DNA of 64,000 nt from Sphingomonas sp. (GTDB taxonomy: Bacteria; Pseudomonadota; Alphaproteobacteria; Sphingomonadales; Sphingomonadaceae). Below are positions 41,177 to 53,164 of this stretch, piece by piece. The number at the start of each line of letters is the position of its first letter. Position 1 is the first letter of the stretch. The notes under the pieces were generated by a model. The model was not told the DNA's origin and searched no databases. It worked only from the letters and a program-made list of their open reading frames with translations. The position numbers were made by a program, and so were the translations under genes. The DNA is taken from NCBI RefSeq assembly GCF_004799495.1, contig NZ_SSMY01000008.1:215690-279689 (forward strand), written 5' to 3'.

Positions 41177-42702
41177 CGCTCGCGCGTCGCGGCGAACCTG
41201 ACCTTGGGATAGCGGTCGGCGACGTACCCGATGTCCCAGGCGGTCTTGGCCATATAGACCGGGTTGCCGTCGCGGTCCTTCGCCATCGCCGAGCGGTTGA
41301 GGTCGGCGAACGCCTTGAGGTCGGCCGGATCGTCGGCCGAGATCCAGCGCGCGGTCTCGAACGGCGCCATCTCCAGCCCCGCAGCGACCTTGTACTCGGC
41401 CTCGAGCCGGCTGATCAGCACTTCGAGTTGCAACTGCCCGACGACGCCGATGATCCAGTTCGACCCGATCTCCGGGTAGAAGACCTGAGTCACGCCTTCC
41501 TCGGCCAGGTCGTCGAGCGCCTTGCGCAGCTGCTTGGTCTTGGTCGGGTCCTTCAGCGCGACGCGCCGCAGGATTTCGGGGGCGAAATTGGGCAGCCCGG
41601 TGAAGCGCACGTCGGCACGCTCGCTCAGTGTGTCGCCGACCCGTAGCGTGCCGTGGTTGGGGATGCCGATGATGTCGCCCGGAAACGCTTCGTCCGCCAC
41701 TTCGCGGTTCTGCGCGAAGAACAGGATCGGCGAATGCACCGCGAGCGGCTTGCCCGACCCCGACGGTGTCAGCTTCATGCCGCGCTTGAAGGTGCCCGAG
41801 CACAATCGCATGAACGCGATCCGGTCGCGGTGGTTGGGGTCCATGTTGGCCTGGACCTTGAAGATGAAGCCGGTAACTTGCGGGTTATCGGGCGCGACCG
41901 GCGCCGGCTCGGCGGGTTGCGGGCGTGGGCTCGGAGCGTAATCGGCGAGCGCGCCGATCAGTTCGGCGACCCCGAAATCCTTGAGCGCCGACCCGAAATA
42001 GACCGGCGTCAAATCGCCGTTGCGATACGCTTGCGGGTCGAACGCCGCATAGCCGCCCTGCGCCAACTCGATCTCGTCGGCGACCTCGCCGGGCAATTCG
42101 GGATCGGCCTCGACCTTGCCCTGGAACGTCCGGCTGTCTCCCTCCGGTCGGGCAATCTGGTTGGTAGTCAGGTCGAGCACGCCCTCGAACTGCCCGCCCA
42201 TTCCGACCGGCCAGCTCATCGGGCAGACGTCGAGCGCGAGCATGTCGGCGATCTCGTCGAGCAGTTCGAACGGGTCGCGCCCCTCGCGGTCGACCTTGTT
42301 GACGAAGGTGATGATCGGCACCGAGCGCAGCCGGCACACTTCGAACAATTTGCGCGTCTGTGCCTCGATCCCGCGCGCAGCGTCGATCACCATTACCGCC
42401 GAATCGACCGCGGTCAGCGTGCGGTAGGTGTCCTCCGAAAAGTCTTCGTGCCCCGGCGTGTCGAGCAGGTTGAAGGTGATGCCGTCGTGCTCGAACGTCA
42501 TCACCGACGAGGTCACCGAAATCCCGCGCTGCTGCTCGATCTTCATCCAGTCCGATCGCGCGCGGCGGTTCTGCCCGCGTGCCTTGACCTCACCGGCGAG
42601 ATGGATCGCGCCCCCGAAATAGAGGAGCTTCTCGGTCAGCGTGGTCTTGCCAGCGTCGGGGTGGGAAATGATCGCGAAAGTGCGGCGGTCGGAAACGGAC
42701 AT
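41173..42702 (-). CDS. prfC: Peptide chain release factor 3
   Basis: IISHPDAGKTT, RGISVTSS, DTPGHEDFSEDTYR, NKVD, GVVGQLQ. Confidence 0.98.
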   Translation of the reverse strand: MSVSDRRTFAIISHPDAGKTTLTEKLLYFGGAIHLAGEVKARGQNRRARSDWMKIEQQRGISVTSSVMTFEHDGITFNLLDTPGHEDFSEDTYRTLTAVDSAVMVIDAARGIEAQTRKLFEVCRLRSVPIITFVNKVDREGRDPFELLDEIADMLALDVCPMSWPVGMGGQFEGVLDLTTNQIARPEGDSRTFQGKVEADPELPGEVADEIELAQGGYAAFDPQAYRNGDLTPVYFGSALKDFGVAELIGALADYAPSPRPQPAEPAPVAPDNPQVTGFIFKVQANMDPNHRDRIAFMRLCSGTFKRGMKLTPSGSGKPLAVHSPILFFAQNREVADEAFPGDIIGIPNHGTLRVGDTLSERADVRFTGLPNFAPEILRRVALKDPTKTKQLRKALDDLAEEGVTQVFYPEIGSNWIIGVVGQLQLEVLISRLEAEYKVAAGLEMAPFETARWISADDPADLKAFADLNRSAMAKDRDGNPVYMAKTAWDIGYVADRYPKVRFAATRER

Positions 42703-42743
42703 AGCGCGCGGCCCTACGGCCTAAGGCGGCAAAAGTCACACCC

Positions 42744-43184
42744 TCAGGCGGCGAGCGCCGGTCGGTCCTCGTCATCGTTGGCGGGGGGCTTGGCGCGGCG
42801 CGTGCGGACAGTGCGTGTGCGCGGACGGCGCAGTGCGGCGCGCTGGTGCACCCAACCGACGACAGCGCGGACGCGGATCGCCGACGCAGCGATCACCGCG
42901 ACCAGTGCGAGATCGATCAACGACGCCGCGTCGATCGTCATCGCCAGACCCACCACATCGGGCAGGCCCATCGCGACCAGCATCCGCCCGTCATTCTCGA
43001 GCAGCCAGATCAGCCCGACCGCGACGCCCGCAATTGTCAGGAACAGAAGCAGATGACCGCGCGAGATGCGCGACAGGCGCGAGGCAGGACGTTCGAGCAG
43101 CCAGAGTTGCAACGTCCGCCCGATTGGTGTGCCCTCGGCCACCCGCAGCGCGAGCAACAATCCCAGCAACGCGCCCAGCATCAT
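42744..43184 (-). CDS. Hypothetical membrane protein
   Basis: MMLGALLGLLLALR...; 3 hydrophobic segments and an Arg-rich tail. Confidence 0.6.
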   Translation of the reverse strand: MMLGALLGLLLALRVAEGTPIGRTLQLWLLERPASRLSRISRGHLLLFLTIAGVAVGLIWLLENDGRMLVAMGLPDVVGLAMTIDAASLIDLALVAVIAASAIRVRAVVGWVHQRAALRRPRTRTVRTRRAKPPANDDEDRPALAA

Positions 43185-43237
43185 CGCGATATCCCCTTGC
43201 CCGGCAATATGGCGCGCGGTCCGCGCGCTGCAAGAGT

Positions 43238-44107
43238 TCAGGGCTGGAGCGTGATCGCCATCGCACAACGCCACGCGGCGCCGGGCGCGACGGTGAACAC
43301 GCCGGGCTTGTCGCGGAAATCGCCGGTGAAGCCGACCGGGTCGGCATGCCCGTGCCACGGCTCGATGCACACGAACGCCGCGCCGGGCTTGGTCCAGACG
43401 CCGAGGTACGGTGTATCGGGAAAGTCGATGCGCAGGCTCGGGCCGGAGGGCGCCCCGTAAGCGACGCTCTGCGAGCGCACCGGGTCCCAGATCAGCACGT
43501 CGTCGGCGAACAGCGTATCGGCCAAGTGTAGCGCGCGTCCGTCGAGCGGCGAGGCTCGGTCGCCGGCGACCAGCCCATCGGCGAGCCGCTTGATCGGGCC
43601 GGGCTCGTCGGCGGCGAACACAATGCGGTGATCCTCGCGCGGCTCGCCATAGGGCAATGGCCAGGCGAAGGCCGGATGGAAACCGAAGCTCGCCGGCATC
43701 GCTACGGTGCCGCGGTTGGCGATCGTCACCGCGATCTCGAGCTTCGCGCCGGCGATCGCGAACCGGACATCGAGCGCGAAGTCGAACGGATAGCTCGCGC
43801 GCGTTTCGTCATTCGCGGTCAGCCGGAATGTCGCGCCGGCGGCGTCCTGCGCGACCACATCGAACGCCTGATGCCGCGCGAAGCCGTGCTGCTTCATCGG
43901 ATACTCGACCCCGTCGAGCCGCAGCACGTCGCCGTTGAGCCGTCCGACGATCGGAAACAGGATCGGCGCATGCCCCGTCCAGAACGCCGGGTCGGCATCG
44001 GTCATCAGCTCGCGGGCCTCGGCGTCGGTGAGCGAGGTCAGCTCGGCGCCGAGCGGGTTGATCGCGGCGGATAGCGACCCGCCGGCGATCCGCACCAGCT
44101 CAGCCAC
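43238..44107 (-). CDS. Aldose 1-epimerase family protein (LacX-like)
   Basis: W.GHAPILFPIVG, QHGFAR, GFHPAF, FVCIEPW.G. Confidence 0.9.
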   Translation of the reverse strand: MAELVRIAGGSLSAAINPLGAELTSLTDAEARELMTDADPAFWTGHAPILFPIVGRLNGDVLRLDGVEYPMKQHGFARHQAFDVVAQDAAGATFRLTANDETRASYPFDFALDVRFAIAGAKLEIAVTIANRGTVAMPASFGFHPAFAWPLPYGEPREDHRIVFAADEPGPIKRLADGLVAGDRASPLDGRALHLADTLFADDVLIWDPVRSQSVAYGAPSGPSLRIDFPDTPYLGVWTKPGAAFVCIEPWHGHADPVGFTGDFRDKPGVFTVAPGAAWRCAMAITLQP

Positions 44108-46523
44108 GCAGGGTCGCGCCCAGCTTCGCCGCCGCCGCGACGACTTGGTCGGCCACCGTCTTCAACTCGGCCTCGGTGAAGCTCTTGTCCGCGGGCTGCA
44201 GCGTTACTTCGACCGCCATCGACCGGATGCCGTCGCGCTCGAACAGGTCGAACACGCGGGCGGCAGTGATCACGGCCTTGTCGGCGCCGCGCACCGCGCC
44301 GGTCAGTGCGTCCGCCGTCAAGTCAGCGGGAACGGTGAAGGCGAAGTCGCGCTTGACCGCCTGGAGCGCGGGCGGGGCATAGGCCGGGCGCATAAAGCCA
44401 GCTGATTCCTTTTTGCCGCGCTTGCCCGGGATCGCATCGAGATAGAGTTCGACCGCCGCGACGTGGCCGTCGAGGTCGAACGCCTTGGCGGTCGCGGGGT
44501 GGACCATGCCGAATGCGGCGAGCACGGTCTTCGGCCCGAGCCGCAGCGTGCCCGACTGGCCCGGGTGCCACGTGTCACCTGCCTCGCCCATCACCTGCAA
44601 ATTGTCGACCGGCGCGCCCGCCGCGGCAAGCAGCGCGAGCGCCTCGGCCTTGGCGTCGAACGGGTCGTACGGCGCGGCCTTGCCCGCCTGCCAGCTCCGC
44701 GCGCGCTTGTCGCCCGCGAGCACCACGCCCAGCGTCGGGCGTTCGGTATCGGCGAGGTAGCGGCGGCCGAGCTCGAACAGCCGCGCTCCGCTCGCGCCGC
44801 GATTGGCGTTGCGCGCGGCGGCGGCGAGCAGCCCGGGCAGCAGCGACGGGCGCATGACTTTCAGGTCTTCGCTGATCGGATTGGCGAGGCTCCACGCGCC
44901 GCCGCCGAATGTATCGGCCTCAGCCTGGCTGACGAACGACCAGGTCACCGCCTCGTCGAGCCCGCGCGCGGCGGCGGCACGGCGGACCTTGCGTTCGAGC
45001 TTCTGCTCGGGCGTCGCGGTCGGGCGCGCGACGCCGGGCAGGCGCGGCAGCGGGGTCGAGGGGACGTTGTCGATCCCTTCGATGCGGATGACTTCCTCGA
45101 CCAGATCGGCCGGGCCGTCGACGTCGCGTCGCCAGCTCGGCGGAATGACCGCCCAGTCGGCATAAACTTCGAAACCAAGCCGTCCGAGAATTTCCCGTTG
45201 GCGTTCGGGATCGACCGCCAGCCCGCCCAGCGTCTCGGCGAGTTCAGGGCGATACGCGATGGAAGGCATGGTTATCGGGGGCTGCCCGGCGCGCGTCACA
45301 CCGCTCGGGGTGCCCCCGCAATGATCGACTATCAGCTTGGTCGCAATCGCGAGCCCGTCGTCGAGGAAGGCCGGATCGACCCCGCGCTCGAACCGCTGGC
45401 GCGCATCGCTGGTCAGCAGCAATTTCTGTCCGGTACGCGCGATATGGTCGGGATCGAAATAGGCGCATTCGATAACCACGTCGGTGGTCGTATCCGACAC
45501 GCCCGAATGCTCGCCGCCCATGATCCCGCCGATATCGTGCACCGCCGCGTCGTCGGCGATCACCGTCATCGAGCTATCGAGCGTGTAGGTCTTGCCGTTG
45601 AGTGCGAGTACCTGCTCGCCATCCTTAGCCAGCCTCGCGACGAGGCCACCCTGGAGCTTGGCCTTGTCGTAGACGTGCAACGGTCGGCCGAGATCGACCG
45701 AGACGAAATTGGTGATGTCGACCAACACTGAAATCGGCTTCTGCCCGATCGCATTGAGCTTGGCTGTCATCCAGCCAGGCGCCGCGCCATTGGTCACTCC
45801 CCGAACTTCTTGCGCGAAAAAGGCCGGGCAGCCCTCGGGGTCGTCGGTCCGCACGTCCGGCCCGGGGCCGTCGCCCAGCACCTGCGCAACCTCGGCGCGC
45901 TGTCGACCGTCCGGGCGCGGCGTACCTGACGCCATGCGATACACTTCGTGCAACGGTCTGAGCGTCCCTAGTCCCGCCGCCGCGAGATCGCGCGCGATGC
46001 CGCGCACGCCCATGCAATCCTGCCGGTTGGGGGTAATCGCGATGTCGATCACCGGATCGTTGAGCACGGCATAGTCGGCGAACGGCGTGCCGACCGGCGC
46101 GTCGGCAGGCAGCTCGACGATACCGTCATGGTCCTCGCCCAGCTCGAGCTCGCGGGTCGAGCACATCATGCCGTTCGATTCGACCCCGCGGATCGCCGAG
46201 ACCTTGAGCTCCATGCCGTTCGCCGGGACCACCGCGCCGGGCGTGCCGAGCACGCCGATCATCCCCGCACGCGCGTTGGGCGCGCCGCAGACGACCTGTA
46301 GCGGCTTCCCGTCGCCGGCATCCACCGTCAGCACCTGCAACTTGTCTGCCTGCGGATGCCGCTCGGCGGTCAACACACGCGCGACGGTGAACCCGGCCAG
46401 CTTGTCGCCCGGATTGTCGATACCCTCGACCTCCAGCCCGATCCGCGTCAGCGTACCGGTCACCGCGTCGAGATCGGCATCGGTGTCTAGATGCTCCTTG
46501 AGCCAGCTCAACGTGAACTTCAT
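44100..46523 (-). CDS. pheT: Phenylalanyl-tRNA synthetase beta subunit
   Basis: [49 protein letters not shown]. Confidence 0.98.
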   Translation of the reverse strand: MKFTLSWLKEHLDTDADLDAVTGTLTRIGLEVEGIDNPGDKLAGFTVARVLTAERHPQADKLQVLTVDAGDGKPLQVVCGAPNARAGMIGVLGTPGAVVPANGMELKVSAIRGVESNGMMCSTRELELGEDHDGIVELPADAPVGTPFADYAVLNDPVIDIAITPNRQDCMGVRGIARDLAAAGLGTLRPLHEVYRMASGTPRPDGRQRAEVAQVLGDGPGPDVRTDDPEGCPAFFAQEVRGVTNGAAPGWMTAKLNAIGQKPISVLVDITNFVSVDLGRPLHVYDKAKLQGGLVARLAKDGEQVLALNGKTYTLDSSMTVIADDAAVHDIGGIMGGEHSGVSDTTTDVVIECAYFDPDHIARTGQKLLLTSDARQRFERGVDPAFLDDGLAIATKLIVDHCGGTPSGVTRAGQPPITMPSIAYRPELAETLGGLAVDPERQREILGRLGFEVYADWAVIPPSWRRDVDGPADLVEEVIRIEGIDNVPSTPLPRLPGVARPTATPEQKLERKVRRAAAARGLDEAVTWSFVSQAEADTFGGGAWSLANPISEDLKVMRPSLLPGLLAAAARNANRGASGARLFELGRRYLADTERPTLGVVLAGDKRARSWQAGKAAPYDPFDAKAEALALLAAAGAPVDNLQVMGEAGDTWHPGQSGTLRLGPKTVLAAFGMVHPATAKAFDLDGHVAAVELYLDAIPGKRGKKESAGFMRPAYAPPALQAVKRDFAFTVPADLTADALTGAVRGADKAVITAARVFDLFERDGIRSMAVEVTLQPADKSFTEAELKTVADQVVAAAAKLGATLRG

Positions 46524-47680
46524 GCCCCGACTCCCCCGCTCAGCGTGGGCACGTCGAGCGCCGAGAAACCGTAATGCTTGAGCCAGCGGATATCGCCGTC
46601 GAAGAACGCGCGCAGATCGTCCATGCCGTATTTGAGCATCGCGAGCCGATCGATCCCGCAGCCGAACGCGAAGCCCTGCCACTCGTCGGGGTCGTAACCG
46701 CCCGCCGCGATCACCTTGCGATGGACCATGCCGCTGCCCAGCACCTCCATCCAGCCGCCGCCATTGCCGCCGCCCGACCCGCCGATCACGCGCTTGCCGC
46801 CCACGATCGAGTAGCCGATATCGACCTCCGCCGATGGCTCGGTGAAGGGGAAATAGCTAGGCCGGAGGCGGAGCACGATGTCGTCGCGCTCGAAGAACGC
46901 CTTCAGGAACGTCTCGAGCGTCCATTTGAGGTGGCCGAGCGTGATCCCCTTGTCGATGACGAGCCCTTCGACCTGATGGAACATCGGGGTGTGCGTGGCG
47001 TCCGAGTCCGAGCGATAGGTCCGCCCCGGCGCGATGATTCGCACCGGCTGCTGCCCGCCCGCCGCCTGCATCGCGCGGATCTGCACCGGGCTGGTGTGCG
47101 TGCGCAGCACCATCCGCTCCGCGCGGACCGCGGCGTCGGCAAAGCCGTCGCCGTCGGACGGTGGGCTTTGCCTGCCGCCAGCCGCTCTCGGTTCCTCGAG
47201 GTAGAAGGTGTCGTGCATCGCGCGCGCCGGATGCGTCTCGGGAATGTTGAGCGCGGTAAAATTGTACCAATCATCCTCGATCTCCGGTCCGGTCGCGACC
47301 GCGAAGCCGAGGTCGGCGAAAATTTCGGCGAGCTCGTCCATCACCTGGCTGACCGGATGGATCGTGCCGGTCGGCGGGACGTCGGCGGGAAGCGTCATGT
47401 CGAGCGTCTCGCTGGCGAGGCGCGCGTCAAGCGCGGCGCGTTCGAGCGCTGCCTTGCGAGCGGTCAGCGCCGCGGTGACCGCCTCGCGCAGGCCGTGGAT
47501 GCGCGGGCCGGTCGTCTGGCGCTCCTCGGGCGACATCGCCCCGAGCGTCTTGAGCAGCCCGGTGACGCTGCCCGACTTGCCGAGCGCGGCGACACGCACC
47601 GCCTCGATCGCCTCGGGGGTCGCCGCCGCGTCGATCTGGCCGAGCAGATCGGATTGCAATTGGTCGAGATCGGTCACCAT
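46520..47680 (-). CDS. pheS: Phenylalanyl-tRNA synthetase alpha subunit
   Basis: [52 protein letters not shown]. Confidence 0.98.
   Translation of the reverse strand: MVTDLDQLQSDLLGQIDAAATPEAIEAVRVAALGKSGSVTGLLKTLGAMSPEERQTTGPRIHGLREAVTAALTARKAALERAALDARLASETLDMTLPADVPPTGTIHPVSQVMDELAEIFADLGFAVATGPEIEDDWYNFTALNIPETHPARAMHDTFYLEEPRAAGGRQSPPSDGDGFADAAVRAERMVLRTHTSPVQIRAMQAAGGQQPVRIIAPGRTYRSDSDATHTPMFHQVEGLVIDKGITLGHLKWTLETFLKAFFERDDIVLRLRPSYFPFTEPSAEVDIGYSIVGGKRVIGGSGGGNGGGWMEVLGSGMVHRKVIAAGGYDPDEWQGFAFGCGIDRLAMLKYGMDDLRAFFDGDIRWLKHYGFSALDVPTLSGGVGA
47123..47185. repeat. Palindromic element inside the pheS coding sequence
   Basis: Core GGCAAAGCC-gt-CGCCGT-cgg-ACGGTG-GGCTTTGCC (47138-47172) with outer GCGGC/GCCGC and GCGG/CCGC arms. 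Confidence 0.65.
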
Positions 47681-48132
47681 TCCACCACCCATTGATCCAC
47701 CATGCCATCCTCCGGATGGTCGAACTGTCCGATGCACGCAAAGCCGTTGCGCGTGAGCACCGTCGGCGAGGCACCGGTGCCGGGCAAGGTCTCGGCGGTC
47801 AAGCCGGTCGCGCCCGCCGCCTGCGCCACATCCTTCAACGCAGCGACCGCAGCGGTGGCGTGCCCGCGCCCCTCGCGGCTCGGCGCGACGCCATAGCCGA
47901 CGTCCCAGCGGCCCTTCGCATCGCGTTCCTTGATGCTGATCATCCCGACGCCTTCACCATCGACCACCATCAGCCACGCCGCTTCGCCGCCGACTTCTTG
48001 CGCGACACCGCGCAGCAGCTCGACGATTTCGGGCTCGGCGATCCCGCCCTCGGCCAGGCGCGGCGCATCGGCGGGCGCGGGCCCGCCGAGCAGCCAGGCG
48101 AAATGCGCGTCGGTCATGGGGAGCAGGTGCAT
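47674..48132 (-). CDS. RimJ/RimL-like GNAT acetyltransferase
   Basis: [19 protein letters not shown] acetyl-CoA motif, S..VL.RNGF; its stop overlaps the pheS start. Confidence 0.8.
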   Translation of the reverse strand: MHLLPMTDAHFAWLLGGPAPADAPRLAEGGIAEPEIVELLRGVAQEVGGEAAWLMVVDGEGVGMISIKERDAKGRWDVGYGVAPSREGRGHATAAVAALKDVAQAAGATGLTAETLPGTGASPTVLTRNGFACIGQFDHPEDGMVDQWVVEW

Positions 48133-48144
48133 ATCGGGCTTCCT

Positions 48145-48180
48145 AAACGAAAGGGGCGCCGGTGTTGCCACCGACGCCCC
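48145..48180 (-). terminator. Intrinsic terminator after rplT
   Basis: Minus strand GGGGCGtCGGTG-gcaa-CACCGgCGCCCC-TTTCGTTT. Confidence 0.8.
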
Positions 48181-48203
48181 GTGTTCATCCGCTACAGGTC
48201 GCT

Positions 48204-48569
48204 TCAGGCGGCCTGGGGCAGAGCCGCCTTCGCCTGTGCGATGATGGCGGTAAACGCTTCGCCCTCGTGCATCGCGATGTCCGCGAGCACCTTGCGGTCG
48301 AGCTCGACGCCGGCGAGCTTCAGCCCGTGCATGAACTGCGAATAGGTCAGGCCCTCGGCCCGCACACCGGCGTTGATGCGCTGAATCCACAGGCCGCGGA
48401 AGGTCCGCTTCTTCACCTTGCGGTCGCGATAGGCGTATTGCCCGGCCTTCTCGACGGCCTGGCGGGCGATGCGGATCGTGTTCTTGCGACGACCGCGATA
48501 GCCCTTGGCCTGGTCGAGGATGTTCTTGTGCTTGGCGCGGGTGGTCACACCCCGTTTGACGCGTGCCAT
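48204..48569 (-). CDS. rplT: 50S ribosomal protein L20
   Basis: [29 protein letters not shown]. Confidence 0.98.
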   Translation of the reverse strand: MARVKRGVTTRAKHKNILDQAKGYRGRRKNTIRIARQAVEKAGQYAYRDRKVKKRTFRGLWIQRINAGVRAEGLTYSQFMHGLKLAGVELDRKVLADIAMHEGEAFTAIIAQAKAALPQAA

Positions 48570-48597
48570 GGTTCTCTAGCTCCTCAGCCCAAACTAC

Positions 48598-48801
48598 TTA
48601 ACTAAGCCCGTACGGCGCCCAAGCCTTCACCGTCGCGGTGTCGGCCTTCGACAGGACCTTGGTCCCACGATTCTGGCGGATGTACTTGCTGTTGTGGCTG
48701 ATGAGGCGGTGACGCTTGCCGGCGACGCCGTGCTTGAGCATCCCGCTCGCGGTGAGCTTGAAGCGCTTCTTCACGCCGCTCTTGGTCTTGAGCTTGGGCA
48801 T
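48598..48801 (-). CDS. rpmI: 50S ribosomal protein L35
   Basis: MPKLKTKSGVKKRFKLTASG...GKRHRL. Confidence 0.97.
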   Translation of the reverse strand: MPKLKTKSGVKKRFKLTASGMLKHGVAGKRHRLISHNSKYIRQNRGTKVLSKADTATVKAWAPYGLS

Positions 48802-48819
48802 TTTGATCCTTTCGGTTTG

Positions 48820-48878
48820 GCGATGCACAAACGGCCGCGGCAGCCCTTGATGGCCGGGCCGTCTGATATCCGCATCGC
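48820..48878 (-). promoter_or_regulatory. Structured 5' leader of rpmI-rplT (candidate)
   Basis: Nested stems GCGATGC/GCATCGC, ACGGCC/GGCCGT and CGGC/GCCG ending 19 nt before the rpmI ATG. Confidence 0.45.
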
Positions 48879-48952
48879 TCGGAAGAGGGCGCGCATAGCG
48901 GGACACCCGGCGGAATGCAACCTTTGGACGCCCTGGCGCGATTCATTGCGCC

Positions 48953-51070
48953 ATGGATACGACTGCGCCGCCGCCACCCGCCGCTCGCGCCGGGTTCTTC
49001 CCGCTGAGCCGGCCGTGGCGGATCGCGCGCAATGTCGTAGTGGGCGTGGTCGCGACGCTCTTCATCATCTGGGCGGTGCTGTACGTCACCAAAGGACGTT
49101 TCCTGAAACACCCGTTCGAGAGTATCGCGGGCAAGATGGCGGGTCGCGAGGTCAAGGTGCGCGGCGACTTCCAGCTCTATTTCGACCCGTTCCAGATCAA
49201 GTTCTACGCGGAAGGGTTGAGTGTCGCGAATCCCGGCTGGGCGACGCGGCCCAACCTGTTCCAGGCACAACGGATCGACACGCGGATCGCGCCCCTGAGC
49301 CTGATCTTCGGCAAGCGACGCCTGTACTGGCTCGATCTGACCGGCGGCGCGGTCGACCTCGAATGGAACGTCGCGCACACCACCAACACCTGGACCTTCG
49401 CCGATACCGGCGGAAAACCGTTCGAGGTGCCGCGGATCGACCGCGCGACGGTCGCGGGGACGACGCTACGCTATATCGATCCCCGGATGCGGCTGCTCAC
49501 CGACCTCGGCATCGATACCGTGACCGCACTCGACAAGAAGATCGGCAAGGCGGTCGGGCTCCAGGGCACGGGGCAGATCCGTGAGACGCTGTTCCGCGTC
49601 GCCGCGCAATTGCTGTCGCCCGACGCGACGCTCGGGCGCGGCGAGAACAAGCTGGTGGCGCGGGCTTGGGCGGCGAACAACGTGATCGACGTGGCGGGCA
49701 CCCTGCCCTCGGCGACCGATATCGAGGACGTGCCGCTACAGACGCGCGCGCGGGGGCGTAACCTCGCCGAACTGCTCGGCATCATAGGTGTCGTTTTGCC
49801 CAACACGCGCGACTATTCGCTCCACGCGCAGATGGTGAAGGATGGCACCGACTACCGCTTCACGCATATGGCGGGGCGGTTCGGCGACAGCGACCTGGCC
49901 GGGCGGCTGACGGTCACCAACGGCGAGCGGCTGAAGCTCGATTCGGTGCTGGCGACGCGGAGCCTCGACATCGTCGATGCGGCGCCGTTCATCGGCTACA
50001 ACCCCGATATCGTCGCGGCGAAGGGCGCGGTCGCCGCTGCCGCCGCGACCGGCGCGGGGCCGGCGCGCGTGCTGCCTGACGCCGCGCTGCCGGTCGCCGA
50101 ACTGCAACGCTTCGACGCGGATCTCAAATGGACGATCGGCGACATCAAATCGCGCAACGTGCCGATCTCCGACGTCGACCTGACGCTGGCACTCGACCAT
50201 GGCCGCCTCGCGCTGTCGCCACTCACTTTCGCGATGGCGCGGGGCAACGTCGCGTCGGACCTGATCTTCGACACGCGCAGCCGACCCGCGGCGGACAGTT
50301 ACGACATCCGCCTGTCGCCGACGCCGATGGGGACGCTGCTCGCCGGCTACGGTGTCGACGAATCGGGCACGACCGGGACGATCAAGGGGCGCATTCAGCT
50401 GAAGGGGCGCGGCGATACGATTCACGATTCGCTGGCGAGCGCGGGCGGGCGAGTCGCGTTCATCATTCCGGCGGGCACCTTCTGGACGCGCAACGTCCAG
50501 CTGTCGGAGCTCGATATCGGCACCTTCGTCCAGAAGATGTTCGAGCATCAGTTGAAGAAGCCGGTGCAGATCAATTGCGGGCTGATCGCGTTCAGCGTGC
50601 GCGACGGGATCGCGGCGGCCGACCCGATCATCATCGACACCAAGAAGAACGTGATGCTCGGGCGCGGCGGGCTGAGCTTCAAGAACGAAAGCCTCGACCT
50701 TGCCTTCCGCGCCGACGGCAAGCAGTTCTCGCTCTTCTCGGGCCAGTCGCCGGTCGGCATTCAGGGCTATTTCGCCAAACCGGCGATCAACGTGCTCAGC
50801 CCCGAACTGCTCGGACGCGCGGGTGCCGGGCTGGGGCTGGGCGTTGTCGCCAGTCCGCTCACCGCGATCCTGGCGTTCGTCGATATCGGCGATGCGAAGA
50901 GCGCGGCGTGCGGCCCGATCCTCGCCGGCGCGCATGCTCAGGCGATGCGCACCACCAAGGGCAGGCCGCGCGACGACGTCGGCAACGGCACCACCGCCAA
51001 GTCCGAAAGCGGGAAGGAATCGCCCGCCGACCGGAAAAAGCAGAAGAAAAAGTTCCTCGGTATCTTCTGA
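48953..51070 (+). CDS. AsmA family protein
   Basis: N-terminal TM, V.NP.WA, G.FGDSDL.G.L, INCGL..F.V.DG. Confidence 0.88.
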   Translation: MDTTAPPPPAARAGFFPLSRPWRIARNVVVGVVATLFIIWAVLYVTKGRFLKHPFESIAGKMAGREVKVRGDFQLYFDPFQIKFYAEGLSVANPGWATRPNLFQAQRIDTRIAPLSLIFGKRRLYWLDLTGGAVDLEWNVAHTTNTWTFADTGGKPFEVPRIDRATVAGTTLRYIDPRMRLLTDLGIDTVTALDKKIGKAVGLQGTGQIRETLFRVAAQLLSPDATLGRGENKLVARAWAANNVIDVAGTLPSATDIEDVPLQTRARGRNLAELLGIIGVVLPNTRDYSLHAQMVKDGTDYRFTHMAGRFGDSDLAGRLTVTNGERLKLDSVLATRSLDIVDAAPFIGYNPDIVAAKGAVAAAAATGAGPARVLPDAALPVAELQRFDADLKWTIGDIKSRNVPISDVDLTLALDHGRLALSPLTFAMARGNVASDLIFDTRSRPAADSYDIRLSPTPMGTLLAGYGVDESGTTGTIKGRIQLKGRGDTIHDSLASAGGRVAFIIPAGTFWTRNVQLSELDIGTFVQKMFEHQLKKPVQINCGLIAFSVRDGIAAADPIIIDTKKNVMLGRGGLSFKNESLDLAFRADGKQFSLFSGQSPVGIQGYFAKPAINVLSPELLGRAGAGLGLGVVASPLTAILAFVDIGDAKSAACGPILAGAHAQAMRTTKGRPRDDVGNGTTAKSESGKESPADRKKQKKKFLGIF

Positions 51071-51074
51071 CGGC

Positions 51075-51102
51075 AAAACGCCCGCCCCGGCGGGGGCGGG
51101 CG
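51075..51102 (-). terminator. Terminator between convergent asmA and ftsH
   Basis: 10-bp stem CGCCCGCCCC/GGGGCGGGCG with TTTT on the minus strand. Confidence 0.75.
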
Positions 51103-51119
51103 CTCGCTAATCGCCTGAC

Positions 51120-53084
<1,965 letters not shown>

Positions 53085-53112
53085 GGTCGCGGAATACCTT
53101 TCGTGGCGCACA

Positions 53113-53140
53113 AGATAAGCCGCGAACCCTTAATGGCAAT
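53113..53140 (-). promoter_or_regulatory. RpoH-type promoter of ftsH
   Basis: Minus strand ATTG-N17-CTTATCT; ftsH is a classic heat-shock gene. Confidence 0.55.
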
Positions 53141-53164
53141 GGAACAAGACCCGCTTTGGGCCGA

